Virus record (IMG/VR): IMGVR_UViG_3300031673_000090
Location: 1 to 47,769 of that record
Length of the DNA stretch: 47,769 nucleotides
DNA from: a virus
Lineage: Duplodnaviria; Caudoviricetes
Strand: one strand, 5' to 3'
The notes beneath the pieces are model-generated. The model was not told the origin of the DNA. It ran no database searches and was given only the letters and a program-made list of their open reading frames with translations. Below, in pieces: positions 17,644 through 25,593 of this stretch (its first letter is position 1; every line of letters starts with the position of its first letter). The translations under genes and the position numbers were made by a program.

Positions 17644-18308
17644 TGGAAGAACTACTTGAAAAATTAATGGCAGAAGGTTGGGGTCAACATGTAGCCACTG
17701 CCGCCGCGGCAGGTATTATTGGTGGCGCTGCTGTTTTGGGTGGTGCCTATAAAGCGGAGAAAGAAAGACCCGTTGAACCATCTCCTTCTACGGTCAGGGC
17801 AGAAGAACCCAAGGTAGAAGAACCCAGGGTAGAAGAACCTAATGAACCCGCTGCTAAAAAAGAAATAGTTAGGATGTTAGTAACTGCGTACTGTCCTTGT
17901 GCAAAATGCTGTGGTACGGGTTCACCAGGTATAACCGCCAATGGCCATAAAATACAATCCGGGGATACTTTTGTGGCCGCAGATAAAAGGTATGCATTTG
18001 GTACTGAGATGGTTATTCCAGGATACAATAAGGGTCAATCTGTGGAAGTTCTTGATAGGGGTGGAGCTATAAAAGGGAATCATATTGATGTGTTCTTTCC
18101 CACCCACCAAGAAGCCCTGAATTGGGGTGTCCAAAATTTGGATGTTGAGATTCTTAGAGGGGTTACAGAAGCTCGGGGTCATTGGAGAAATTGGGAAGAA
18201 ATACAATGCCTTAAATGTTTTTGGAGAGATTATAAAAAGAATTTTGCCAAGAGAAAAGAATCTATTCCAAAGATATGTCCTAAATGTGGTGCTGAGTTAA
18301 AGACTTGA
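17643..18308 (+). CDS. 3D-domain (MltA-like) peptidoglycan hydrolase with C-terminal Zn ribbon
   Basis: VTAYCPC..GITANG..VAAD..DRGGAIKGNHIDVF; CLKC..CPKCG at C-terminus. Confidence 0.9.
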   Translation: MEELLEKLMAEGWGQHVATAAAAGIIGGAAVLGGAYKAEKERPVEPSPSTVRAEEPKVEEPRVEEPNEPAAKKEIVRMLVTAYCPCAKCCGTGSPGITANGHKIQSGDTFVAADKRYAFGTEMVIPGYNKGQSVEVLDRGGAIKGNHIDVFFPTHQEALNWGVQNLDVEILRGVTEARGHWRNWEEIQCLKCFWRDYKKNFAKRKESIPKICPKCGAELKT

Positions 18309-19303
18309 GACTGAGAAATATGATTGATAAACTATATGAAAATGCATTCGCTGTGGATATGCAATTATTCTCCACCAGATTGACCAAGGAATCTTTGGAT
18401 AGGAGTACGTTTGAATCCTTGATAGACTTTGCTCAGTCCGGTTTAGATCCAGATGTATGGGTTCAAGATGGTAAAGGTGTGTACTCTCTTGTTCCAGGTG
18501 TTGAAGAAAAAATTATAGGATTCATAAAAAAGTATCCCGGCGGAGACCTTTTATCATTAACAGACAATGTACACGTGGTTGGTTCCATAACTACAAATCA
18601 ATATTTGGAGGATTCTGATCTTGACGTTCATATTTTTCTGAAGGATATTAGCAAGTGGAATGAAGATATCGTTTGGGAAGTTAAAGGATGGTTTGATAGG
18701 AATGCAAAATTATCCAGTGCTCTTGTAGGTGAACATACAATTGAAATATATATTCAATTACGTCCGTCTGTGGATTATCTATCACCGGGATTTTATGACT
18801 TAACAAATCATAAATGGATAAAAGGTCCGAAGATTGTGGCGGAAGATTATGATCCGTATGCTGATTTTTCTGACATTGCAGATGATTTAAGAAGTTCTGT
18901 AAAAGATACAGATTTGATTATTGGCGAACTTAAAAGAGATGTTATTGATTTTGAAACAATTCAAAAGGCGGTAGGTAAAATGTCGCCAGAGAATAAAAAG
19001 AAGTTTCTTACCAAGCTGGAATCTAAATTGGAGGATATAGAGTCCTCAATTAGGACCTTATTGAAACATAAAGATCAGTGGGTAGCCAATCGGCGTTTAG
19101 TGGATGAGCCGACCTCGCCTGAACAAGCTTTGAAGGATGTCGATTTGGCAAAACAATGGCGAGATTCCAATGCAGTGTTTAAGCTGATTGGCCGGTACAA
19201 GTACGTAACCCTCATTAAGGACCTAAAAAAGCTTTTGCAGGATGATGGTAAAGTGACTCCAGACGAAATAGATAAAGTTAAAGATATCATAGGGACAAAA
19301 TAA
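18305..19303 (+). CDS. DNA polymerase beta-superfamily nucleotidyltransferase with helical C-terminal domain
   Basis: hhGS-x(9)-SDLDVH (VVGSITTNQYLEDSDLDVHI) and third acidic residue in IEIYIQ; start may be TTG 18305 or ATG 18320. Confidence 0.8.
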   Translation: MRLRNMIDKLYENAFAVDMQLFSTRLTKESLDRSTFESLIDFAQSGLDPDVWVQDGKGVYSLVPGVEEKIIGFIKKYPGGDLLSLTDNVHVVGSITTNQYLEDSDLDVHIFLKDISKWNEDIVWEVKGWFDRNAKLSSALVGEHTIEIYIQLRPSVDYLSPGFYDLTNHKWIKGPKIVAEDYDPYADFSDIADDLRSSVKDTDLIIGELKRDVIDFETIQKAVGKMSPENKKKFLTKLESKLEDIESSIRTLLKHKDQWVANRRLVDEPTSPEQALKDVDLAKQWRDSNAVFKLIGRYKYVTLIKDLKKLLQDDGKVTPDEIDKVKDIIGTK

Positions 19304-19797
19304 TGGCTACAGGCATGATACCTAGGGCGTCAATTGACGTTCTACGAAAATACGTAGATGTAATTATGAAGGCAATAGGGATAGACTGTACACTTTATAT
19401 TCCAAATGTAGCCTCATTTGATGCCGCAGAGATTAAGGATGTATTTGCCACGCCAGCAGATTATACATATAATAGTTATTCAGCAAAGGTGTTTATACAG
19501 TGGAATCCCTCAACCTACAAGTTAAAGAAATTGGGATTGTTTGTTGAAGATACATTGCCAATACTTGTTTGGTTTGGCAATAAGGCTACTGCACTTGATG
19601 TTGATGGTGTTGCCTCCGGGACTTTAGTGGATATGGATACCTGTGTGAAAAGTTATTTCAGCTTTACTCCGGAATTTATTCCAGAAAACTATGAAGGTGT
19701 GGAAGCATTTGAATTGGTTAACGTTGCTGTAAAAGGTTTTCAAGATTGTATTATTCGTAAGATTTATAGCGCTGTACCACGTCGGGTACAAATTTAA
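19303..19797 (+). CDS. neck protein (T4 gp14-like)
   Basis: MKAIGIDCTLYIP and LKKLGLFVED motifs; position before gp15-like gene. Confidence 0.65.
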   Translation: MATGMIPRASIDVLRKYVDVIMKAIGIDCTLYIPNVASFDAAEIKDVFATPADYTYNSYSAKVFIQWNPSTYKLKKLGLFVEDTLPILVWFGNKATALDVDGVASGTLVDMDTCVKSYFSFTPEFIPENYEGVEAFELVNVAVKGFQDCIIRKIYSAVPRRVQI

Positions 19798-19806
19798 AGG
19801 AAGATA

Positions 19807-20010
19807 ATGAAACTGAAAAAGATAACTAATAATTCTAGTGAATTCATTGAGTTGGACCACAAGAACGGAGCTAAGACAGCTTTGCCTCCGGAGGTATCAT
19901 TGAAAGATGTTGATATTGTTAATCTCACTGAGGTGGCAGGAAAAGTCACAATGGTGACTGACCTCACTGAAGTTACTGAAAATGTAGGAAAAACAGTACT
20001 GCTTGGGTAA
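19807..20010 (+). CDS. hypothetical protein
   Basis: 67-aa ORF with AAGGA RBS in operon. Confidence 0.65.
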   Translation: MKLKKITNNSSEFIELDHKNGAKTALPPEVSLKDVDIVNLTEVAGKVTMVTDLTEVTENVGKTVLLG

Positions 20011-20014
20011 TTAA

Positions 20015-20269
20015 ATGCAATTTCATGTTAAGTTAGATTGTGATGTGAAAAATAAAGCGGAGTTTCTTCGACATCAAGCTGCTTTACTAGCTGCTACAAA
20101 AATGTATCATAACTACGTTGAAGTTAAGGATAAGATACTAGGTACAGGTCCAGAGTTGTTTGCAGAACAATGGTTACGTGGAGCTATCAGCGGATCTGAT
20201 ACGCAGTTTGAGAATTTGATTTTAATTTACTTCACTAAAATTTTAATCGGAGCCCAGCATGGCAAATAG
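20015..20269 (+). CDS. hypothetical protein
   Basis: 84-aa ORF in operon. Confidence 0.6.
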   Translation: MQFHVKLDCDVKNKAEFLRHQAALLAATKMYHNYVEVKDKILGTGPELFAEQWLRGAISGSDTQFENLILIYFTKILIGAQHGK

Positions 20270-21236
20270 TTTTTTACAATCATATGATGACGCAGTAAAG
20301 CATCTGCTGTATAGCAAGTTTGCTGCGATAATGGGAATAGATACTTCGTCAAGTGATGAAGGTGTAAATATAAATTTAGGGGTGTACAATTTTCCAAAAG
20401 AAGTTGCCCAAAGAGTTTCTGCAGAAAAAAGAGGTCAAACCTATTTAGAGTTCATAAATTTTTGGAGAGTTAGGGCAGGTTTTAGCTGGGAAAGAAATAG
20501 ATCAGTGTTATCCAGAAGAGGTATGTGGGTAGGTGATGCAGATGTGGTGGGATCAAGGACCGTCCATGTAAAAGCAGTACCCATGGACTTGACATATGAT
20601 GTGTGGTTTTGGAGTGTAAGCCGGGATAAGCTGTATAAAGTTATGGAGGAATATGCCTTCTGGCAGCAGGACAATCCTAAGGTAACACTTACGTATATTG
20701 ATGATTCAGGGAATGAGTATCCTATGACTCCGGACATCCATCTTGGGGACATAGTTGATGAGTCCACAGTTCTTGAGCAGTTTAGAGAAGGTATAAAATA
20801 CATAATTCGAATGCCCATCACTGTGGATGCTTGGGCGTTAAAGGGTATTAACTGGAATATCATTAGTAAGATTTTGGTAACCTTTTATGATAAGGATGAC
20901 CTTGATACTGCCGCTGAATATTCAACAGTTATAGTAGAAGATGAACATCAGGATACCGAATTAGAGGCTGCTCTTAAGTATTTTAGTAGGGCTATTTATG
21001 ACGATTATTCGATTGATCTTGTTGCTAATTCAATAAGTGTCCGGGGTGATTTTGCAAGTGACTTTGCCGCTGGGGATAGAATAGATATTTGGAATTCCAC
21101 GGATAATGACGGACCGTACATTGTCTCCAGTAATGGAGCAGATTATGATTCCACCACTGGGGTAACAACAATTGAGCTGAACGAGTCATTAATCAGTGCA
21201 ACCGCAGATGGAACCATCTATAAGAAGGGTGAATAA
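20259..21236 (+). CDS. tail terminator / sheath stabiliser (T4 gp15-like) with C-terminal beta extension
   Basis: KAVPMDLTYDVWFWS..LYKVMEE motif; upstream of sheath. Confidence 0.7.
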   Translation: MANSFLQSYDDAVKHLLYSKFAAIMGIDTSSSDEGVNINLGVYNFPKEVAQRVSAEKRGQTYLEFINFWRVRAGFSWERNRSVLSRRGMWVGDADVVGSRTVHVKAVPMDLTYDVWFWSVSRDKLYKVMEEYAFWQQDNPKVTLTYIDDSGNEYPMTPDIHLGDIVDESTVLEQFREGIKYIIRMPITVDAWALKGINWNIISKILVTFYDKDDLDTAAEYSTVIVEDEHQDTELEAALKYFSRAIYDDYSIDLVANSISVRGDFASDFAAGDRIDIWNSTDNDGPYIVSSNGADYDSTTGVTTIELNESLISATADGTIYKKGE

Positions 21237-21238
21237 TT

Positions 21239-21652
21239 ATGTTTCTTGATATGCTTGATTTTGTTCAGAGTTACAGCGGTACTTTACTTTTATGTGAGGT
21301 CTTGTCGAAAGCTGATATAGAACGAATGCGTGGCGAGGTAGCCACACCGGAGATACTTCCTTGTACCTTTGATGTATCAATTCCTGGTTGGCTTGAAAGA
21401 ATTGGGTTATGGGGTACGATAGATATTCGACATAAAAATCCTGAGAAATGGAGGGGAAAGAAGGGGGTAACTCAGACCCAGTTCATAAAAGGATTGATGC
21501 CAGATGCCATAACTAAATATTTTGGTAGGTGGGAATTTGTTAAGAAGGGTTTGACAAAGGTTGAATGCCATCGCACTTATTTTGGGATAGATGGTACGCG
21601 ATATACAGAAAAGTTTATAATCAGTATCAAATTAAAAAAAGAACTAAGATAA
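21239..21652 (+). CDS. hypothetical protein
   Basis: 137-aa ORF between gp15-like and sheath genes. Confidence 0.6.
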   Translation: MFLDMLDFVQSYSGTLLLCEVLSKADIERMRGEVATPEILPCTFDVSIPGWLERIGLWGTIDIRHKNPEKWRGKKGVTQTQFIKGLMPDAITKYFGRWEFVKKGLTKVECHRTYFGIDGTRYTEKFIISIKLKKELR

Positions 21653-21670
21653 TCTTATAGGAGAATTAAT

Positions 21671-23332
21671 ATGGGTAGTAGCATTTTTTTAAGCCCTGGC
21701 ATATTTGTGTCAGAGAAGGACATTTCTGAAGTGGCCCCAATGATTGCAACTGCGTCTGCTGCACTTGTGGGGTATTCAGCAAAAGGGGATACCAGTAGCA
21801 TCCGCCTAATGACCACGAATCAACAATTTATTGAAGAGTATGGTGAGCCAGATCCTTCTTCAGGCCACTATTTCCACTATGCAGCTTTAGCCTATCTGGC
21901 AAGGGGTAATGTACTCTATTGCTTGCGGGTGGAGAATGGCGCTTTGTTTGGTGGTGCTGATATAATGTCGTCTGTATCCAGTGAGCTTAATGCAGCATTC
22001 ACTGTTGGGGCTTCTGCAGCTACTTTTTCTGCTCCGTCTGGTCTTGAAGAAGATTGTATATTCCAGATCTTTGGAAAAGATCCCGGGGTATGGGATAATA
22101 AAATCGGCATCACTATTACTGATAGCAAAGATGGTACGGATCCCGTTCCAACGGATCAGTATACGTTTGTAATTAATGTCTACTATCAAAATGAAGATGG
22201 TGATTACGAACAGGTTGAGAGTTTCAAGGTATCCCGCAAGATAAAGAAAGATGGTTACGGCAAGCAATTATATCTGGAAGATGTGGTTAACGGAATAAGT
22301 CAGTACATCGTTGTTAAGGATAGTGCACTCTTAGATACAGTTCTTCCAAAAGAGGCGACTGCTGTTCCTGATGCAGCCCTTTCAATTATTTTTGCTGGGG
22401 GTACCATTGGTGCTGAAATTTCTAGTGCAGAAATCATCGCAGGTTGGGATGAGTTCACTGATCCTGCTGTAGTGGATATTAGAATTCTGATTGAGGGTGG
22501 TGAAGCTTCACTGGGGGTAGCAGTTCAGACTAAGATGAAAGCCATTGCTGAGGCCCGACTTGATTGTATTGCAATTTTAGATATGCCCTATGCTTCCCTG
22601 AATTCAGCTACAGATATGCTGATTTTTAGGAATACCACGCAGAATTATAATTCTAGTTATTGTGCGCTGTACGCTCCATGGCCTAAGATATATGATCCGT
22701 ATAATGATCTTTTAATCACGGTTCCTCCATCAGGTCTTGTGGCTGGGCAGTTTGCTTACAATGATTATGTAGGTAACTCCTGGTCTGCCCCCGCGGGTTT
22801 TACCCGAGGTGGATTGGATGTACTTGAGATAGTTAAGACGAATGGTAAACCTTTCACTGAAGGAGAGAGGAATGTACTTTATCCAGATCAAGTAAATCCT
22901 CTTCAGATGTTTAAGGGTGAAGGAAATGTTATCTGGGGTCAAAAGACTGAGCAGAGGAAATCATCTGCTACAAGTCGGGTTAATGTTAGACGACTTTTGA
23001 TTGTTATAGAAAAGACTCTGGCAATTTCTTTGCGGCAATTTACTTTTGAGCCAAATAATGAGATAACCCGGTTTAGAATTGAGTCTCTACTAAATGACTA
23101 CTTGGATAAGTTATCGTCTCAAGGAGCTTTTCAATTAGAAGGTGGAGATAAAGGATATCACGTTGTTTGTGATGAAACCAATAACACTCCAGCGACCATA
23201 GATGACTTTGTATTAAATGTGGATGTTTTTGTCAAGCCAGTTCGCTGTGCTGAGTATATCAGATTACAAGTTATTCCTACAAAAACGGGGGCTTCGTTTA
23301 AGGAATTGGTAGCTCGTGGAGTAATGTTTTAG
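21671..23332 (+). CDS. tail sheath protein (gp18-like)
   Basis: SPGIFVSEKD start, PGVWDN, VPPSG, WSAPAG, IWGQKT, RVNVRRLL, VCDETNNTP. Confidence 0.97.
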   Translation: MGSSIFLSPGIFVSEKDISEVAPMIATASAALVGYSAKGDTSSIRLMTTNQQFIEEYGEPDPSSGHYFHYAALAYLARGNVLYCLRVENGALFGGADIMSSVSSELNAAFTVGASAATFSAPSGLEEDCIFQIFGKDPGVWDNKIGITITDSKDGTDPVPTDQYTFVINVYYQNEDGDYEQVESFKVSRKIKKDGYGKQLYLEDVVNGISQYIVVKDSALLDTVLPKEATAVPDAALSIIFAGGTIGAEISSAEIIAGWDEFTDPAVVDIRILIEGGEASLGVAVQTKMKAIAEARLDCIAILDMPYASLNSATDMLIFRNTTQNYNSSYCALYAPWPKIYDPYNDLLITVPPSGLVAGQFAYNDYVGNSWSAPAGFTRGGLDVLEIVKTNGKPFTEGERNVLYPDQVNPLQMFKGEGNVIWGQKTEQRKSSATSRVNVRRLLIVIEKTLAISLRQFTFEPNNEITRFRIESLLNDYLDKLSSQGAFQLEGGDKGYHVVCDETNNTPATIDDFVLNVDVFVKPVRCAEYIRLQVIPTKTGASFKELVARGVMF

Positions 23333-23392
23333 AATGTAGATTGTAATTTGTAATTGTTAGAATTCTTATAAAACAAATAAAGGAGAAATTTC

Positions 23393-23905
23393 ATGGCAAA
23401 AATGAGTGCGGAAGATTTTAAAAATAATCTTAATAATCCAGCAAGACTTTATTTATGGGACGTTATGTTTACCAATCCCATTGGGGGCGGGGATTCCGAG
23501 GCTCTTGAGTTAAGGTGTCAAAGTACGGCTATTCCTGGAAGGAGTTTTGGAGAAATCCTTATTCCTTTCAAAGCAACTGCAGGAATAAAAGTTCCAGGTA
23601 AGTTGAGTATGTCACATTCTTGGCCAACTACTTTTGTGGAAAGCACTGATAAGAAAGTGTTCACTGTTCTTCAAGCTTGGAATCAGACGATCATAAATGC
23701 TCGATCTGGAATTGGTAGTCCAGATATTTTGATTAAGAGCAATATTTACCTTCGGTTATTGGATGCTGCCGGAACTATTTATCAAAAAATAAGGATAGTA
23801 GGTTGTTATCCTCAAGATGTGGCTGATACACCCCTGGCCTATGAAACGGAAGGTGTGGTTACCTACTCGGTGGTGTTTTCATATGATTATTGGGAAGAGG
23901 CCTAG
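23393..23905 (+). CDS. tail tube protein (gp19-like)
   Basis: ARLYLWDVMF, CQSTAIPG, GCYPQDV..L.Y..YSVVFSYDYW; follows sheath. Confidence 0.9.
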   Translation: MAKMSAEDFKNNLNNPARLYLWDVMFTNPIGGGDSEALELRCQSTAIPGRSFGEILIPFKATAGIKVPGKLSMSHSWPTTFVESTDKKVFTVLQAWNQTIINARSGIGSPDILIKSNIYLRLLDAAGTIYQKIRIVGCYPQDVADTPLAYETEGVVTYSVVFSYDYWEEA

Positions 23906-23945
23906 TTATACCTCTGTAGAAAATTTAAGATCATGAGGATTTATT

Positions 23946-24554
23946 ATGCAAACGATTGGATTTGATCTTTCTTCTATCGGGGGTAATTTCCTGCGAAGAG
24001 CCTGGATGCTCCAAAGGACGTTTAATTGGCAATTAATCATGCCACACGATTTTAGAGGAAATATTGGTTTCTTAGTTTCTCAGTATTGCCAGGATGTAAA
24101 TTTTGGTGATTATCGTATGGCCGATGTCACTACAATGAGATATGGCGCGTATCAAAGATTTTATGCCGGGTTGCAGGATATCAGTACTGTCACACTAACT
24201 TTTCTTGTACCAGTTGACAATTCAGTGTATGATTATTTTTATTCCTGGTCTGAATTGATTGTGGATGTTAATGGTTATTATCATCCAAAGAACGAGTATA
24301 AGAAAACTATTTTTGTTATTATGTACGACAGAACTGGTATCCAAGCTACCAAGTTTGCTTTAAAGGGAACTTTCCCATTAAACAAAGCCGCTGCGGGACT
24401 GTCCTATAGTACTGAGGGTATTGTGACATTAACAATGACATTAAGTGTTGATTCCATTGAACCCAATAGTTTTCTTGGAGACATTCGCCAGGCGATAGTG
24501 GGTATCGGGCAGGATGTTGTTGGCGGTGTCACAGGGGCACTTGGATTAAAATAA
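23946..24554 (+). CDS. tube-fold baseplate protein (gp54/gp19-like)
   Basis: YFYSWSELI..YHPKNEYKKTI..LKGTFP..LSY; paralogous to tube fold. Confidence 0.7.
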   Translation: MQTIGFDLSSIGGNFLRRAWMLQRTFNWQLIMPHDFRGNIGFLVSQYCQDVNFGDYRMADVTTMRYGAYQRFYAGLQDISTVTLTFLVPVDNSVYDYFYSWSELIVDVNGYYHPKNEYKKTIFVIMYDRTGIQATKFALKGTFPLNKAAAGLSYSTEGIVTLTMTLSVDSIEPNSFLGDIRQAIVGIGQDVVGGVTGALGLK

Positions 24555-24617
24555 CTAATTATGGTTATTTGGAGCAGAGTTAGATAAGAAAAGTCAATAA
24601 TTTGAACAATTATGTTA

Positions 24618-24673
24618 TAACTATGCCCATTTGGGGTGTAGTTAGACTGTACCGGGTTTGGAGAAACCCAGTA
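24618..24673. other. two adjacent intergenic hairpins
   Basis: TAACTATGCCC/GGGTGTAGTTA and GGGTTT-GGAG-AAACCC. Confidence 0.5.
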
Positions 24674-24717
24674 TCTTATAGGTAAACTAAAAGAGAATTT
24701 ATTTAGAAGGGAAAGTA

Positions 24718-25440
24718 ATGAGCACATATCTACCAATCAATCTGCCTTCACGTTGTCTTCCATATGAAGGTATTGATCCCGCGAATATCACTATACGGGC
24801 CTATACGGCTGCGGATGAAATTTTCTTGTCCGAAATCAATCCTGTCAATCTTGAATCAAAATATCTTATGGTACTCAAGGAGGTACTTTTAGGAATAGAT
24901 CCTAAATTATTAACTCTTGGGGACAGGTTGTACATTATGATTTGGGAGTATATCAAATCATATTCTTCCAAGGTTAGACTACCTGTAGTTTGCAGCCACT
25001 GTATGGAAGAGAGTACTGTTTCTATAGACTTATTGAATTTGGATCAAGTGTGTCTTCCGGATAACTACCAGCAACCCCATAAAGTGAAACTTCCAGATAA
25101 AGGGAAAGAAATTGCATTGAAGTTACTTACTATCGAGGATGAGATAGCTATTGAACGATATGAAAAACAAGAGCGTAACGGTCACATATACAGGTATGCC
25201 CGGTCTGTGGTTAGTGATGCGGATATCTTATCTGTTGTGGCTGACATGGAAAAATTGAGTGCAAAGGACCTTGCCCAGATACGGACATTTCAAACGAAAT
25301 TTTATCACGGTCCAAATATGGACACTAAATATACCTGTCCTCGGTGTGGAGAGGAGGATGACGTAACTGTCCCCTTTCGACTTGAATTCCTTTATCCGTA
25401 TGGTGACACCCTTACAGACGCTTTTGGAGAGGGAATTTAG
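24718..25440 (+). CDS. baseplate hub assembly protein (T4 gp26-like)
   Basis: LPS..IRAYTAADE, LTLGDRLYIM, CSHC and CPRCG. Confidence 0.85.
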   Translation: MSTYLPINLPSRCLPYEGIDPANITIRAYTAADEIFLSEINPVNLESKYLMVLKEVLLGIDPKLLTLGDRLYIMIWEYIKSYSSKVRLPVVCSHCMEESTVSIDLLNLDQVCLPDNYQQPHKVKLPDKGKEIALKLLTIEDEIAIERYEKQERNGHIYRYARSVVSDADILSVVADMEKLSAKDLAQIRTFQTKFYHGPNMDTKYTCPRCGEEDDVTVPFRLEFLYPYGDTLTDAFGEGI

Positions 25441-25579
25441 ATTGTGTTATCATGTGCCTGGATTTTCTTTACATGATCTTAGAAGTATCAGTGCAAGGGA
25501 AGTTGATTGGTTTCATGGTCGACTTATGCAGGAACTTCGCGAGGAAGAAGAGGCTCGTACAGGTAAAAAATTGTATTAG
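25382..25579 (+). CDS. small baseplate/tail assembly chaperone (gp51-like)
   Basis: FRLCYHVPGFSLHDLRSISAREVDWF pattern; overlaps gp26-like gene, precedes tape measure; start may be ATG 25400. Confidence 0.65.
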   Translation: MNSFIRMVTPLQTLLEREFRLCYHVPGFSLHDLRSISAREVDWFHGRLMQELREEEEARTGKKLY

Positions 25580-25593
25580 TAAGAAAGATTGGC

